Source: Verrucomicrobiia bacterium (GTDB lineage Bacteria; Verrucomicrobiota; Verrucomicrobiia; CAIQCK01). From it: a DNA stretch of 64,000 nucleotides. The translations under genes were made by a program, and so were the position numbers. Where the stretch lies: positions 258,439 to 322,438 of the forward strand of contig JBAYFL010000001.1 in NCBI GenBank assembly GCA_041667205.1. Direction: 5' to 3'. How positions within the stretch are numbered: the stretch's first letter is position 1; each line of letters opens with the position of its first letter. The notes under the pieces were generated by a model. The model was not told the origin of the DNA and did not search any database. It saw nothing but the letters and a program-made list of their open reading frames with translations. Shown here one piece after another: positions 47,305 through 58,229 of the stretch.

Positions 47305-48465
47305 ATGGCCATCCCGCTCAAATACAATCTCCGCAACCTGCGCGTGCGCTGGCGCTCGACGATTGCCACCGCGCTCGGCATCGCGCTGACGGTGGCGGTG
47401 TTCGTGATGGTCATGGCGCTCGCCCGCGGCCTCAAGGCCACCTACGTCAATACCGGCGACGCGCGCAACCTGCTGGTGATGCGCAAAGGCTCCACCGCCG
47501 AGTCCTCCAGCCAGATCGAGCGCAGCAAGGTGCTCCGGTTCAAGTATCACGACGAGATCGCCCGCAACGAGCGTGGCGATCCGGTCGTGTCGCCGGAGAT
47601 CATCGTGCTCATCCAACTCGACCGCATCGGCGGCGGCAACGCCAACGTGCTCGTGCGCGGCATCGGTCCTATCGGCCTGGAACTGCGGCCCAACGTGAAG
47701 CTCATCGAGGGCCGCCTGTTTCAGCCGGGCCTGGCCGAGTGTATCGTTAGCCGCAAGATCGCCTCGCGCTTCGCCCACTGCCGCGTCGGCGAGACTTTCC
47801 GCGCCGGCAAACGGACGTGGCGCGTGGCGGGCGTCTTCGACGCGACCAAGACGACCTACGAATCGGAAATCTGGACCGACGCCGACGAGGTGCGCGAGGC
47901 GTTCAGCCGCTCCTTCTACGGCTCGGTGCTGCTGCGACCGAAGGACGCGGCGGCCGGCGAGGCGCTCGTCAAGCGGCTGGAAGCGAACAAAGACCTTTTC
48001 GTGCGCGTGCTACCGGAGTCGGACTATTACAAGGAGCAGACGAAAAACGCCGGGCCGATCCAGTTCATGGGCGGCTTTCTGGCGGTCATCATGAGCATCG
48101 GCGCGGCGTTTGCGGCCATGAACACGATGTATGCGGCCGTCGGCGCGCGCACGCGCGAGATCGGCACGCTGCGCGTGCTCGGCTTCCGGCGGCGCGACAT
48201 TTACCTGTCGTTCCTGCTTGAAGCGGTGCTGTTGGCGCTGGTCGGTGGTGCGCTCGGTTGCATCGCGTCGCTGCCGATCAACGGCATGGCCACTGGCACG
48301 ATGAGCTGGACGACGTTCTCGGAGGTCGCGTTCGAGTTTCGCATCACCGGTGAACTGCTGGCGAAGGGCATGGCGTTCGCGGTGGTGATGGGCGTGCTCG
48401 GCGGCCTGCTGCCCGCCCGCATCGCCGCACGCAAGCCCGTGCTCGACGCATTGCGCTCAGCCTAG
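47305..48465 (+). CDS. ABC transporter permease, FtsX/MacB-like (second copy)
   Basis: Same architecture as the preceding permease, 3 nt downstream of it. Confidence 0.7.
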   Translation: MAIPLKYNLRNLRVRWRSTIATALGIALTVAVFVMVMALARGLKATYVNTGDARNLLVMRKGSTAESSSQIERSKVLRFKYHDEIARNERGDPVVSPEIIVLIQLDRIGGGNANVLVRGIGPIGLELRPNVKLIEGRLFQPGLAECIVSRKIASRFAHCRVGETFRAGKRTWRVAGVFDATKTTYESEIWTDADEVREAFSRSFYGSVLLRPKDAAAGEALVKRLEANKDLFVRVLPESDYYKEQTKNAGPIQFMGGFLAVIMSIGAAFAAMNTMYAAVGARTREIGTLRVLGFRRRDIYLSFLLEAVLLALVGGALGCIASLPINGMATGTMSWTTFSEVAFEFRITGELLAKGMAFAVVMGVLGGLLPARIAARKPVLDALRSA

Positions 48466-48496
48466 AAATGGTTCACAATCAACCCTATATCGAATC

Positions 48497-49489
48497 ATGA
48501 GTTCACCGTCACAACAAGGACCGCCGGCGCTGAGCCGGCTGCCGATCACCCCGGAGAAAAAGTCGCGGCGCAAAGCCGGGCCGCTGGTGCTGCTGTTGCT
48601 GGTCGTGCTGATCGTCGCCGTCATCGGCGGTGTGTTTGTGTTTACGACGAACGACCGGGGCGCCCTTTTCTACGCGAAGAAATCCGAACCGGTGCCCGGC
48701 CAGACCGTGGCGCAACCGCCCGCGCCGCCGAAGCCCGGCGACACGGTGCTCACCGTCAGCGGCTACGTCATCCCGCGCGAACGCATCGAGCTTAGCCCGC
48801 GGTTTCAGGCGATGGTGAAATGGATCGGCGTCCACAAGGGTGACCGCGTCAAGAAAGACGACGTGATCGTCCGGCTCGACGACGCCGAATACCGCGCCAA
48901 GCTCCTCGAAGCCGAAGGCCAGCTCGCCCGCGCGCAGGCTGACCTCGCCAACGGCGAGGCCAACCTTAAGCGCCAGCTCGCGCTCTCCAGCAAGAACATC
49001 GAGAGCGAGCGCGCCCTCGACGACGCCCGCCGCGCCCGCGACATGGCCCTCGCGCAGATCACTGTCGCCAAAGGCCAGCTCGCCTACGCGCAAACCTACA
49101 TGGAATGGTGCGTCATCCGCGCGCCCATCAGCGGCACGATCCTGGAAAAGCTCGTGGAGGCGGACGAACTGGTTACACCGATGACCTTTGGCGGCACGCG
49201 CGGGCCGAGCACCGCGCTGGTCTCAATGGCCGACCTCACCGACCTGCAAGTGGAGATTGACCTCAACGAAGCGGATCTGGCGAAGATTCATCTCAAGCAA
49301 CGCTGCCGCATCAGCCCCGAAGCCTACCTTCATAAGCACTACAACGGCTACGTCACCGAGATCGCGCCCGAAGCCAATCGCCAGAAGGGCACGCTTCAGA
49401 TCAAAGTGCAGGTCGAGCAGCCCGACAACTTCATGACGCCGGAGCTGTCCGCCAAGGTGGATTTCATCCGCGATGCCACCGCCCGTTAA
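48497..49489 (+). CDS. HlyD-family periplasmic adaptor (membrane fusion protein)
   Basis: N-terminal TM, coiled-coil hairpin (AKLLEAEGQLARAQADLANGEANLKRQ), and a beta-barrel C-terminus. Confidence 0.7.
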   Translation: MSSPSQQGPPALSRLPITPEKKSRRKAGPLVLLLLVVLIVAVIGGVFVFTTNDRGALFYAKKSEPVPGQTVAQPPAPPKPGDTVLTVSGYVIPRERIELSPRFQAMVKWIGVHKGDRVKKDDVIVRLDDAEYRAKLLEAEGQLARAQADLANGEANLKRQLALSSKNIESERALDDARRARDMALAQITVAKGQLAYAQTYMEWCVIRAPISGTILEKLVEADELVTPMTFGGTRGPSTALVSMADLTDLQVEIDLNEADLAKIHLKQRCRISPEAYLHKHYNGYVTEIAPEANRQKGTLQIKVQVEQPDNFMTPELSAKVDFIRDATAR

Positions 49490-49512
49490 CGACCACCAAC
49501 GAACTCAACGCC

Positions 49513-49779
49513 ATGAAGATTCTAAAACAACCGGCGCAAATCACTCTCTACACCCGGCCAATATGCGGTTGGTGCCAGGAGGCCAAGGCGTGGCTCGATG
49601 AACGCGGCTGGAAATACATCGTTTGCAATGTGGGCGTTGACATGGCCGCGCGGCAGAAGGCGATTGACCTCAGCGGGCAGACGCTCGTGCCCGTGATTGA
49701 GGTGGACGGGCTGGTGCTCGGCGACTTCGACACCGGCCAGCTCGAAACTTTCTTGCGGACGCACGGCTATCTGGAGTGA
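49513..49779 (+). CDS. Glutaredoxin-family small redox protein (NrdH-like)
   Basis: ITLYTRPICGWCQEAKAWL is a CxxC thioredoxin-fold motif in an 88-aa protein. Confidence 0.65.
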   Translation: MKILKQPAQITLYTRPICGWCQEAKAWLDERGWKYIVCNVGVDMAARQKAIDLSGQTLVPVIEVDGLVLGDFDTGQLETFLRTHGYLE

Positions 49780-49792
49780 GGTCGCGCGCGGC

Positions 49793-50176
49793 CTACTTCC
49801 CACTTCCGCCGAGAATCTTCTCCGCCTGCTCGAACGAGCCGAGGTTGAAGACGTTCTTGTAGCCTATGCCCTTCAACATCTGCGTGCCAGCACCGCTCCG
49901 GCCGCCAGCCTGGCAGTGCAGCAGCAAAACGGTTTCCTTGTTGGGCGCTTCACTGACGATCCGTTGCTTCAGTTCGTCGAGTGGGATGTTGACGGCCTTG
50001 GGCAGATGGCGCTCGCTGTATTCCTGCGTGGTGCGCACGTCAATGACCTTCGCGCCCTGCCGCAGATGCTCGCGCGCCGACTCCTCGGTGACCGAGTTGA
50101 GCTGCTTGAGAAACCCGAACACGGCGAGCACGCCCGCCACGGCCAGGATCACGATCCATGTCATGGCGGGAATCAT
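49793..50176 (-). CDS. Membrane-anchored rhodanese-domain protein
   Basis: The TM segment is MTWIVILAVAGVLAVFGFL. The rhodanese active-site loop is LHCQAGGRSGAG. The start may instead be the upstream Met at 50215. Confidence 0.65.
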   Translation of the reverse strand: MIPAMTWIVILAVAGVLAVFGFLKQLNSVTEESAREHLRQGAKVIDVRTTQEYSERHLPKAVNIPLDELKQRIVSEAPNKETVLLLHCQAGGRSGAGTQMLKGIGYKNVFNLGSFEQAEKILGGSGK

Positions 50177-50214
50177 TGCACCGAACCGGCGGTCGGACAA
50201 GTGGCTGGCCGCCA

Positions 50215-51177
50215 TCACGTCTGAACCTGCTTGCGGGCTTCGTCGGCCAGCGCGGTGCTGAGGTAACGCTCGCCGGTGCTGCAACCGATCGTGACGATGA
50301 GCTTGCCTTTGTTCTCCGGGCGCTTGGCCACTTGCAGCGCGGCCCAGACGTTCGCGCCGGTGGAGATTCCGACGAGGATGCCTTCCTCTTGCGCGAGCCG
50401 GCGGGCGGTGACGATCGCGTCGTCGTTGCTGACGGTGACGACGTCGTCGAGGATTTGCATGTTCAGGTTCTTCGGGATGAAGCCGGCGCCGGTGCCTTGA
50501 ATCTTGTGCGGGCCGGGCTTGAGCGGCTGGCCGTTGCGCGTCTGCGTGATGACCGGCGAATCCTTCGGCTCGACGGCGATAGAGAGGACGCTCTTCTTGC
50601 GCGATTTGATCACCTCGCTGATGCCGGTGATGGTGCCGCCGGTGCCGACAGCCGCAACGAAGATGTCCACCTTGCCGTCGGTGTCCTTCCAGATTTCCTC
50701 GGCGGTGGTCTGGCGGTGGATTTCCGGGTTGGCCGGGTTGTCAAACTGCTGCGGAATCCACGAGGAGGAGATTTCCTTGTTCAACTCCTCGGCCTTTTTG
50801 ATCGCGCCTTTCATGCCTTCGGCGGCTGGCGTCAGCACGAGTTGCGCGCCGAGCAACGCCAGCAGCGTGCGCCGTTCCACACTCATGCTTTCGGGCATGG
50901 TGAGGATGATCTTGTAGCCACGAGCGGCTGCGACGAACGCGAGCGCGATGCCGGTGTTGCCAGAGGTCGGCTCGATGATCGTGGTCGTCGGCGTGAGGAT
51001 ACCATCGCGCTCCGCGGCGTTGATCATGGCGAAGCCGATGCGGTCCTTGACGCTGCCGAGCGGGTTGAAGAACTCGCCCTTGAGAGCGATGGTCGCATCA
51101 ACGCCGGCGGCGACACGGTTGAGTTTGATCAGCGGGGTTCGGCCCACTGTGCTGATGATGTCGGGATATACGGGCAT
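50215..51177 (-). CDS. cysK: Cysteine synthase A (O-acetylserine sulfhydrylase)
   Basis: [10 protein letters not shown]…[14 protein letters not shown]…[11 protein letters not shown]…GTGGTITG carries the PLP-binding Lys motif. Confidence 0.9.
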   Translation of the reverse strand: MPVYPDIISTVGRTPLIKLNRVAAGVDATIALKGEFFNPLGSVKDRIGFAMINAAERDGILTPTTTIIEPTSGNTGIALAFVAAARGYKIILTMPESMSVERRTLLALLGAQLVLTPAAEGMKGAIKKAEELNKEISSSWIPQQFDNPANPEIHRQTTAEEIWKDTDGKVDIFVAAVGTGGTITGISEVIKSRKKSVLSIAVEPKDSPVITQTRNGQPLKPGPHKIQGTGAGFIPKNLNMQILDDVVTVSNDDAIVTARRLAQEEGILVGISTGANVWAALQVAKRPENKGKLIVTIGCSTGERYLSTALADEARKQVQT

Positions 51178-51204
51178 GGTTGCTTTCCTTTCTTTGGTTG
51201 GATT

Positions 51205-52281
51205 CTAGATGGAATAATCGTCCGCGAAAACACGCAAGTTCTGCAATTCGACAAAAACTTGCTCGCCAGCCTGCGGATTCAACTGGCGCGAAAACTCCCT
51301 GCTCAACTGGACGCCAAACTGACTGCGGTCGTCGAGACGCTCCAGTTCGACCTGCACGACCGGCCCGGCGGCGTTGACGCGGAGGATGCGCGCCGCCAGG
51401 CTCGACTGGCCGGTTTGCTCGCGGGTCAGCCGGATGTCGTGCGGCCGCACGTAGGCGACGGCGCCGCTGTTTGGCGCGCCGACGTGGTTGGTAGCTTGAA
51501 ACTCAGCGCCGCCGATGACGACGCGCCCCTCATGGATGCGACCTTGGAAAAGGTTCACGTTGCCGAGGAAGTTGAGGATGAAAGGCGACGCCGGATGCTC
51601 GTAGATTTCCTCCGGCGTGCCGATTTGTTCGATGCGTCCCTCGCGCATGATGGCGACGCGGTCCGCTACTTCGAGCGCTTCCTCCTGGTCGTGCGTGACG
51701 AAGAGTGTGGTGACATGAATCTCGTCGTGCAGCCGGCGCAGCCAGCGGCGCAGTTCCTTCCGAACCTGGGCGTCGAGCGCGCCGAAGGGTTCGTCGAGCA
51801 GCAGCACCTTCGGCTCCACGGCGAGCGCGCGGGCGAGGGCCACACGTTGGCGCTGGCCGCCGGAAAGCTGCGACGGAAACCTGCGGCCGAGCGGTTCGAG
51901 CTGGACGAGCCGGAGCAGTTTCTCGACGCGGTTGCGGATTTCCGTTTCGGCTGGCCGCTTGTCGCGTGGGCGGACGCGAAGACCGAACGCGACGTTTTCG
52001 AAGACCGTCATGTGGCGGAACAGCGCGTAGTGTTGGAAAGCGAAGCCGGCCTTGCGCTGGCTGGCGGGCAGGTGCGTAACGTCGTCGTCGTAGAACAACA
52101 CCTGCGCCGAGCCGGGGTCGGGAAATTCCAAGCCGGCGATGATGCGCAGCAGCGTGGTCTTGCCGGAGCCGGAAGGGCCGAGCAGCGCGACCAGCTCGCC
52201 GGAGTTGATCCGGAGGCTGACGTTGTCGAGCGCGACGAAGCTGCCGAAGCGCTTGGTGATGTTGCGGACTTCAACGCTCAT
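51205..52281 (-). CDS. cysA: Sulfate/thiosulfate ABC transporter ATP-binding protein
   Basis: Walker A is GPSGSGKTT. The signature is [17 protein letters not shown]-terminal TOBE-like domain is present. It sits in a cys-transport context. Confidence 0.85.
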   Translation of the reverse strand: MSVEVRNITKRFGSFVALDNVSLRINSGELVALLGPSGSGKTTLLRIIAGLEFPDPGSAQVLFYDDDVTHLPASQRKAGFAFQHYALFRHMTVFENVAFGLRVRPRDKRPAETEIRNRVEKLLRLVQLEPLGRRFPSQLSGGQRQRVALARALAVEPKVLLLDEPFGALDAQVRKELRRWLRRLHDEIHVTTLFVTHDQEEALEVADRVAIMREGRIEQIGTPEEIYEHPASPFILNFLGNVNLFQGRIHEGRVVIGGAEFQATNHVGAPNSGAVAYVRPHDIRLTREQTGQSSLAARILRVNAAGPVVQVELERLDDRSQFGVQLSREFSRQLNPQAGEQVFVELQNLRVFADDYSI

Positions 52282-52293
52282 GATGTTTCAGTT

Positions 52294-53169
52294 TCAAGCT
52301 TCTGCGCCATGCGTGGCGGCGTGTTTCCATTCGATCCATGTTTTAAGCGCCAGCGTGACGAGTGCCAGCAACGCAAGCAGCGATGCGACGGCGAAAGCGG
52401 CGACGAAGTTGTATTCGTTGTAAAGAATCTCGATGTGGAGCGGCATGGTGTTGGTCAGGCCGCGGATGTGACCCGACACCACCGACACTGCGCCAAACTC
52501 GCCCATCGCGCGGGCGTTGCAGAGGATCACGCCGTAGAACAGGCCCCACTTGATGTTCGGCAGCGTCACGCGCCAGAACGTCTGCCAGGCGTTCGCGCCC
52601 AGCGTGATGGCGGCGTATTCGTCGTCGTTGCCCTGCGCCTGCATCAGCGGGATGAGTTCCCGCGCCACGAACGGGAACGTGACAAAGATCGTCGCGAGCA
52701 CGATGCCGGGCACGGCGAAGAGGATCTTGATGTCATGATCGGCAAGCCACGGGCCGAGCCAGCCTTGCGCACCAAACATCAGGACATAGATCAGGCCGGA
52801 GATCACCGGCGAAACGGCGAACGGCAAGTCAATGAGCGTGATGAGCAGGCTCTTGCCAGGGAAGTTGAACTTCGCGATGGCCCAGGCCGCCGCCACACCG
52901 AAGACGAGATTGAGCGGCACGGCAATCGCCGCGGTAGTGAGCGTGAGCTGAATCGCCGAGATGGCGTCGGGGTTGCGGAAGGCCGCGAAATACGGTTCGA
53001 CGCCGCGCCGGAACGCTTCCGTGAACACCGCGGCCAGCGGCACGAACAGAAACAACGCGAGAAACAGCAGCGCCACGGTTGTCAGCGTCCACTGCACCCA
53101 GGCGGGGTCGTGCGTCGCGTGGCGGGCATGCGATCTGTGCGTCAGTCGTGATATTGCGGGTCCGGCCAT
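52294..53169 (-). CDS. cysW: Sulfate ABC transporter permease CysW
   Basis: A six-TM permease of the CysT/W family, adjacent to cysA and cysT. Confidence 0.75.
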   Translation of the reverse strand: MAGPAISRLTHRSHARHATHDPAWVQWTLTTVALLFLALFLFVPLAAVFTEAFRRGVEPYFAAFRNPDAISAIQLTLTTAAIAVPLNLVFGVAAAWAIAKFNFPGKSLLITLIDLPFAVSPVISGLIYVLMFGAQGWLGPWLADHDIKILFAVPGIVLATIFVTFPFVARELIPLMQAQGNDDEYAAITLGANAWQTFWRVTLPNIKWGLFYGVILCNARAMGEFGAVSVVSGHIRGLTNTMPLHIEILYNEYNFVAAFAVASLLALLALVTLALKTWIEWKHAATHGAEA

Positions 53170-53176
53170 GACGGGT

Positions 53177-54013
53177 TCAGCCTCGCGTTCGTTGCAGGCT
53201 CCACTTCTGGAGCAGGTTGATGATGAGCAAGAGCACGAACGACGCGACCAGCATCACCACAGCGATGGCGGTGGCGCCTTTGTAGTCGTATTGCTCCAGC
53301 TTGGTGATGATCAGTAGCGGCGTGATCTCGGTGCGCATCGGCATGTTGCCCGAAATAAACACCACCGAACCGTATTCGCCAAGCGCCCGCGCAAACGCCA
53401 GCGCGAAGCCGGTCAGCAGCGGTGGATAGAGCGGCGGCAGCAGCACGCGGCGGAAGGTCTGCCACCGGCTCGCGCCGAGACTGACAGCCGCTTCTTCGAG
53501 TTCCGATTCGAGGTCCTCCAGCACCGGTTGCACCGTGCGGACGACGAATGGCAGGCCGATGAACGTCAGCGCAATGAGGATGCCGAGTTCGCTGAACGCG
53601 GCCTTGATGCCGAGCGGCTCCAACCAGCGGCCGATCCAGCCGTTCTTCGAATAAATCGCCGCCAGCGCGATGCCGGCGACGGCCGTCGGCAGCGCGAACG
53701 GCAGATCCACGAGCGCGTCGGCGATTTTCCTGAACGGGAACCGGTAGCGCACCAGCACCCATGCCACGAGCAGCCCAAAGACCGCGTTGATAGCGGCGGC
53801 AAGCAACGATGTGCCGAAGCTGATTCGATACGACGCCAGCACGCGTGGAGAAGCCACCGCCGCCCAGAATTCCGGCCACGTCATGGTGGCGGTCTTCAGA
53901 AACGCGGCGCTCAGCGGGATCAGCACGATCAGACCCAGATAGAGCAGGGCATAGCCCAACGTCAGCCGGAAACCGGGCAGCGGGTTCTGTTCTCTGGAGG
54001 TGAAGGCAAACAT
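53177..54013 (-). CDS. cysT: Sulfate ABC transporter permease CysT
   Basis: The start is [21 protein letters not shown]…. It has the CysT/W permease fold. Confidence 0.75.
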   Translation of the reverse strand: MFAFTSREQNPLPGFRLTLGYALLYLGLIVLIPLSAAFLKTATMTWPEFWAAVASPRVLASYRISFGTSLLAAAINAVFGLLVAWVLVRYRFPFRKIADALVDLPFALPTAVAGIALAAIYSKNGWIGRWLEPLGIKAAFSELGILIALTFIGLPFVVRTVQPVLEDLESELEEAAVSLGASRWQTFRRVLLPPLYPPLLTGFALAFARALGEYGSVVFISGNMPMRTEITPLLIITKLEQYDYKGATAIAVVMLVASFVLLLIINLLQKWSLQRTRG

Positions 54014-54014
54014 T

Positions 54015-54842
54015 TTACAGGTTCGGGGCGTAGGCGATGAACGGACGATACTCGTTCAAGATGGTTTGCAGCGCCAGCACGAAGGCTGCCTCTTTCCTGT
54101 GCTCGGCTGCTTCTCTGGGCGTTTCCAGGATGATCTCGAATGGCCGCGGATGAATTTCCGGCGGCGCGCTCAGCACGCCTTGGTAGCCGTTGCCGATGAT
54201 GCCGTTGCGCGCGTTGAAGCCGTCTATGATGGCGTTCGCGTTGCGCGGCAAAAACTTCTCGGCGGCTTGCAGCGCCGGCTCGATCAGGTGCTCCGTTAGC
54301 GTCGCGCCGCTCGCAAAACCGTAGAAACCGTGACTGGTGTCGTCGGTGTGCAGCGAGATGATTCCGTGGAACGCATGTGACGCAAGCTCGGACTGCAGCA
54401 GCTTCACTTCAGGCTCTTCTGAATTCCTCCAGAACTCGCGGTTCAGGTCTTTGCCGTTGCGCGAGTGGCGCGTGTTGTTCTCGAAGCCGGTTGGATTGCA
54501 AACCGGGTAGATAAACAGGCAGTAGCCCTCAGCCAGTTCCGGTCTGGCTTCGAGTAGTTGGAGAAACCGGACCAGCGCGTGGACTCCCTCCGGCTCATCG
54601 CCGTGAATGCCGGCGAAAATGCCGATGCGGATCGGATCGTCACCGGCTTTCGGACCGATGAAGACGTAGCGTGGCAGCCCATAAGTCTGGTCGCCGGTTT
54701 CGAATCGTGCGTTGTGACTTGCGATCAGATTGTGCGAGTTCGCCGCGATCTCATCGAGGGGCGCCAGCAGATCGGCGATGGAGCGCCGAACAGGAGCGGG
54801 TTCGCCGACGCTGGTTTCCGAGGCTGTTGTGGTGGCTTGCAT
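54015..54842 (-). CDS. Succinylglutamate desuccinylase/aspartoacylase-family (AstE/AspA, M14-like) zinc hydrolase
   Basis: [14 protein letters not shown] is the HG-E metal motif. Length is 275 aa. It lies between sbp and cysT. Confidence 0.55.
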   Translation of the reverse strand: MQATTTASETSVGEPAPVRRSIADLLAPLDEIAANSHNLIASHNARFETGDQTYGLPRYVFIGPKAGDDPIRIGIFAGIHGDEPEGVHALVRFLQLLEARPELAEGYCLFIYPVCNPTGFENNTRHSRNGKDLNREFWRNSEEPEVKLLQSELASHAFHGIISLHTDDTSHGFYGFASGATLTEHLIEPALQAAEKFLPRNANAIIDGFNARNGIIGNGYQGVLSAPPEIHPRPFEIILETPREAAEHRKEAAFVLALQTILNEYRPFIAYAPNL

Positions 54843-54896
54843 GTTGCCTTGTCAGGTTGATTCGTTTTGCCGGGGCATTCTCGTGGGACTGCCCCA

Positions 54897-55910
54897 TCAT
54901 GGTTTATAGATTTGGTCGAACACGCCGTCGTCGGCGAAGTGTTGCGATTGCGCCTTCTGCCAGCCGCCAAACACCTCGTCAATGGTGAACAGCTTCAGTT
55001 GCGGGAACTTGCCGGCATGTTTTGCTGCGACGGATTCGAGCCGCGGTCGGTAGTAGTGCTTCGTGGCAAGTTCCTGGCCTTCCTCGGAATAGAGATGCTC
55101 CAGATAGGCCTTGGCGACGGCGAGCGTGCCGTGCTTGGCGGCGAACTTGTCCACGACCGTTACCGGCGGCTCGGCCAGGATGCTGAGCGAGGGAGCGACA
55201 ATCTCGAACTGATCCTTGCCAAGATTGTTCACCACCAGCAGCGCCTCGTTCTCCCACGAGATGAAGACATCGCCGATGCCGCGCTCCACGAATGTCACGG
55301 TCGAACCGCGTGCGCCGGAGTCAAGCACCGGCACGTTCTTGAAGAGGCGGCTGACAAACTCCTTCGCCTTCGTTTCATCGCCGCCGTTCTGTTTCAGCGC
55401 GTAACCCCAGGCCGCGAGGTAGTTCCAGCGCGCACCGCCGGAGGTCTTTGGATTGGGCGTGATGACCGCGACGCCCGGCTTGGCCAGATCGTTCCAGTCC
55501 TTGATCTGCTTGGGGTTCCCCTTTCTCACCAAGAAGACGATGGTCGAGGTGTAAGGCGCGCTGTTGTGCGGCAGGCGCGACTGCCAGTTTTGGGGGATCA
55601 ACGCCGCTTTTTGGAAGAGCGCGTCCACGTCGTAAGCCAGCGCCAGCGTCACCACGTCAGCCTGAAGCCCGTCAATGACGGCGCGCGCCTGCTTGCCGGA
55701 ACCGCCGTGCGATTGGTTGACCGTCACGGTCTGGCCGGTTTTCTCCTTCCAGAGTTTCGCGAATGACGCGTTGAACTCCTGGTAAAGCTCGCGCGTCGGA
55801 TCGTAGGAAACGTTCAGCAGCCTGACCTCGTCCGCCGCCCGCGCGGGCAGGCTGAGGCCGATGACTGCGCCCAGAATCAACAATGAACGAAAAGCTTTGT
55901 TGGTTGTCAT
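54897..55910 (-). CDS. sbp: Sulfate-binding periplasmic protein
   Basis: A signal peptide, then the Sbp/CysP pattern ([13 protein letters not shown]…[20 protein letters not shown]…). Confidence 0.8.
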   Translation of the reverse strand: MTTNKAFRSLLILGAVIGLSLPARAADEVRLLNVSYDPTRELYQEFNASFAKLWKEKTGQTVTVNQSHGGSGKQARAVIDGLQADVVTLALAYDVDALFQKAALIPQNWQSRLPHNSAPYTSTIVFLVRKGNPKQIKDWNDLAKPGVAVITPNPKTSGGARWNYLAAWGYALKQNGGDETKAKEFVSRLFKNVPVLDSGARGSTVTFVERGIGDVFISWENEALLVVNNLGKDQFEIVAPSLSILAEPPVTVVDKFAAKHGTLAVAKAYLEHLYSEEGQELATKHYYRPRLESVAAKHAGKFPQLKLFTIDEVFGGWQKAQSQHFADDGVFDQIYKP

Positions 55911-55971
55911 ATTCTTTGTTCTCCAAAGGATCATGTCTTGTGTTGTCGTGTTTTATAAAATCGCTTCGCTG

Positions 55972-57525
55972 TTAAAAAACCACCTGCAACCGGCCGAAGA
56001 CCGCTTTTTCATCCTGCCGATTCTGGACGCTTGCGCCAGCTCCAGCGCCGCCTTCGAACCGGGTCTGCTCGTAATCAATCATGAGCTTGACGTTCTTGCT
56101 CAGATACCAGTTCAGCCCAACGCCCAATGCAGTGGCCTTTGTGGCGGACACCGTGGGGTCCGCAAGCCGGTTGGCGGCTATGCCGGTGAAGGCCGCATCG
56201 TCCACATCCAGTTCGTGGATGCGGGCGGCAATTTCGAAGGCACCCCACTGACCTTTGGCCAGACTGAACGGATTCTCCGGTGTGACGCCTTTATAGGAGG
56301 CGTTTTCGCCGGTCAGAACATAGGATGCCGCAACTTGCCACGCTGCGTTCTGGATTCGCTGGTTGTTGACGGTGCCTCTCCTGACCTCCTGCGACGAGAT
56401 CACATATTCGCCCAGCAGACCGAACGGTCCCAAGTAGTAGTAACCCTGTGGCGAGATTCGGTCCTCGACACCATCGGCATACGCGCCGTTCGCGCCGGTA
56501 ACGTAGGTGAAAAACGTGTTCTGGCCCGGTGTCTTTAAGGAAGGCAACGCGGTATTACTGGTGGCGGTGGCGGCGGAACCTTGCCGGTTCCCTACCGTTC
56601 CCGCAACGCCGACACCGAGACCCTGCAACGGTTTCAGATCGGTCTTCTTGAACGGGTGCGCGAAGACCCGCGCCGCAAGCTCTTTCGAGTCATGCTCGTC
56701 AATGTCCGCGCTCGCGCCGTCAGGAGTGCCGTTGAAGACGCCCGCCGCGTAGGTCAGAACACCGTCAAACAGGTCGCCATACAACTGCAAGCCGATGTCG
56801 CGGTTCGGCGCCAGCGATGAGGGAAATCCCAAAGAAACAAACTGATTGTCCACATCTGATTGCAGACGCTCGAGGCCAACCGGTCCTTTGGTCTTGCCAG
56901 CCCGAAGCTTGAGGGCATTCCAATGTTTCCAGTCAATGTAGCCGTCAATCAGTTGGGTGGAGCCGTTGCCGAATTCCGGCGCGAGTCTGAATTCGAACTC
57001 CTTGAACAACGTGCCGTCAAAGATGAGACGGGCGCTGCTGATGTAGAACGAGTCCGTGAGCCTCTCGCCGCCGTCCTCCAGGAATGTCCTCGAATCGGTC
57101 TTGAGCTGGCCGCCCAACTTCAAACCGAAGTTGCCATCCGCTGACTTGACGAAGATTCCTTTTGATCCAACCGTTAGAATCGGCGCTTCTTTTGCTTTTT
57201 TTTCTGCCACAGCCAATTCGACTTCCTTGTCCACTTCGCGCTGGCGCTTCAGGATTTTCAGATCCTGCTCAACCGCCTGCGCCTTCTGCGTTGCCGCCGC
57301 TTCCCTCTCGGTGACCGCAGTCTTCTGCTCGTCGAGCTGGGTCTTCAGGGTCTTCAATTCCTGTTCCAGTGGCTGCAAACGCTTTAGTTCTTTTTCAAGC
57401 AATTGCAAGCGGTCCTCCAGACTTTGCTTGGGTGAATCGGTGCCTTGGGCGACCGCCCGCTGCGCCGGACCAATAGCCACGCTGCCCAACAGGGCCAACA
57501 TGGTGAACAACCGTGCCTTCCTCAT
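55972..57525 (-). CDS. Phosphate-selective porin O/P family (OprO/OprP-like) anion porin with N-terminal coiled coil
   Basis: The signal is MRKARLFTMLALLGSVAIGPAQRAVAQG. A coiled coil is followed by the OprP-like barrel (FRLAPEF…, C-terminal …GRLQVVF). Confidence 0.6.
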   Translation of the reverse strand: MRKARLFTMLALLGSVAIGPAQRAVAQGTDSPKQSLEDRLQLLEKELKRLQPLEQELKTLKTQLDEQKTAVTEREAAATQKAQAVEQDLKILKRQREVDKEVELAVAEKKAKEAPILTVGSKGIFVKSADGNFGLKLGGQLKTDSRTFLEDGGERLTDSFYISSARLIFDGTLFKEFEFRLAPEFGNGSTQLIDGYIDWKHWNALKLRAGKTKGPVGLERLQSDVDNQFVSLGFPSSLAPNRDIGLQLYGDLFDGVLTYAAGVFNGTPDGASADIDEHDSKELAARVFAHPFKKTDLKPLQGLGVGVAGTVGNRQGSAATATSNTALPSLKTPGQNTFFTYVTGANGAYADGVEDRISPQGYYYLGPFGLLGEYVISSQEVRRGTVNNQRIQNAAWQVAASYVLTGENASYKGVTPENPFSLAKGQWGAFEIAARIHELDVDDAAFTGIAANRLADPTVSATKATALGVGLNWYLSKNVKLMIDYEQTRFEGGAGAGASVQNRQDEKAVFGRLQVVF

Positions 57526-57668
57526 GATTTGATTTCCTTCTGCTGTTCGCTGTGTGTTTCATGGGAACCTCCGGTTGTCCGGTCAGCCCTCCTTTCTGTT
57601 AGTTTTCTTGTCTGTTAAGCCTCCGTGTGTCCGGTTGGCGATGTTTGCTGCCAGAAGCAGCGGTAAAC

Positions 57669-57869
57669 TCATGAACGTTGCTTTGGTGCACTGTCGCTGA
57701 GGCGAATCTTTTCCTTCCGCTCAATCTGGACGACCTTCCCGTCGTGAACAGTGATTTCCACTGATCCGTAACGGACGTCTTGAATAGCTTGAATCACTTG
57801 CTTGCGAATCTGTTCGATTCCAGCAGGCTTCTGATCGCCGTTCAGTTTATGTAACGCTTGAGTATTCAT
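57669..57869 (-). CDS. YezD-like small protein (DUF2292)
   Basis: Length is 66 aa. YGSVEITVHDGKVVQIERKEKIRL matches the YezD family, which is found near sulfur-assimilation genes. Confidence 0.55.
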   Translation of the reverse strand: MNTQALHKLNGDQKPAGIEQIRKQVIQAIQDVRYGSVEITVHDGKVVQIERKEKIRLSDSAPKQRS

Positions 57870-58229
57870 TACTATCTGTTGTTTGTTGGTAATGATAGTG
57901 GTAAACTGAAACCGTGCAAGAACTTTTTCAGGAAAGTTACGACTTGCTCTAGCTGAAAGACGCTACGATTTCAGACACAACCGCAGAACCTATTGCAAAA
58001 TAAGCTGTTAGCAGATCGTCATTTCTCCAGACACACCACAACGCCGCGTTTGAGAGTTTCCGTGCGCAACTTCTCCATCAGCACAACGCGGAACTCGATT
58101 TTCGCATTGAGATCCGGCCAGGCTGGGATGCCGCGTCCTGTTCCGGGGCAGGATACCCGTTGACTTCCACAGCCGGTTTCTGAGACTGTGTCTTCAGTTT
58201 GCTAGCTTGGTTTCTCTGGCGCTATCAAC

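Noticed and set aside
50158-53151. 997-aa plus-strand ORF spanning cysK, cysA and cysW
   Set aside because: It runs antisense across three canonical minus-strand genes. It is a high-GC open frame only.
57526-57600. Strong GGAGG-N5-ATG site opening an out-of-frame upstream ORF ahead of the porin start
   Set aside because: The frame gives a junk-like approximately 56-aa product and is out of frame with the porin. The porin has its own AAGGAA RBS. It is most likely coincidental.
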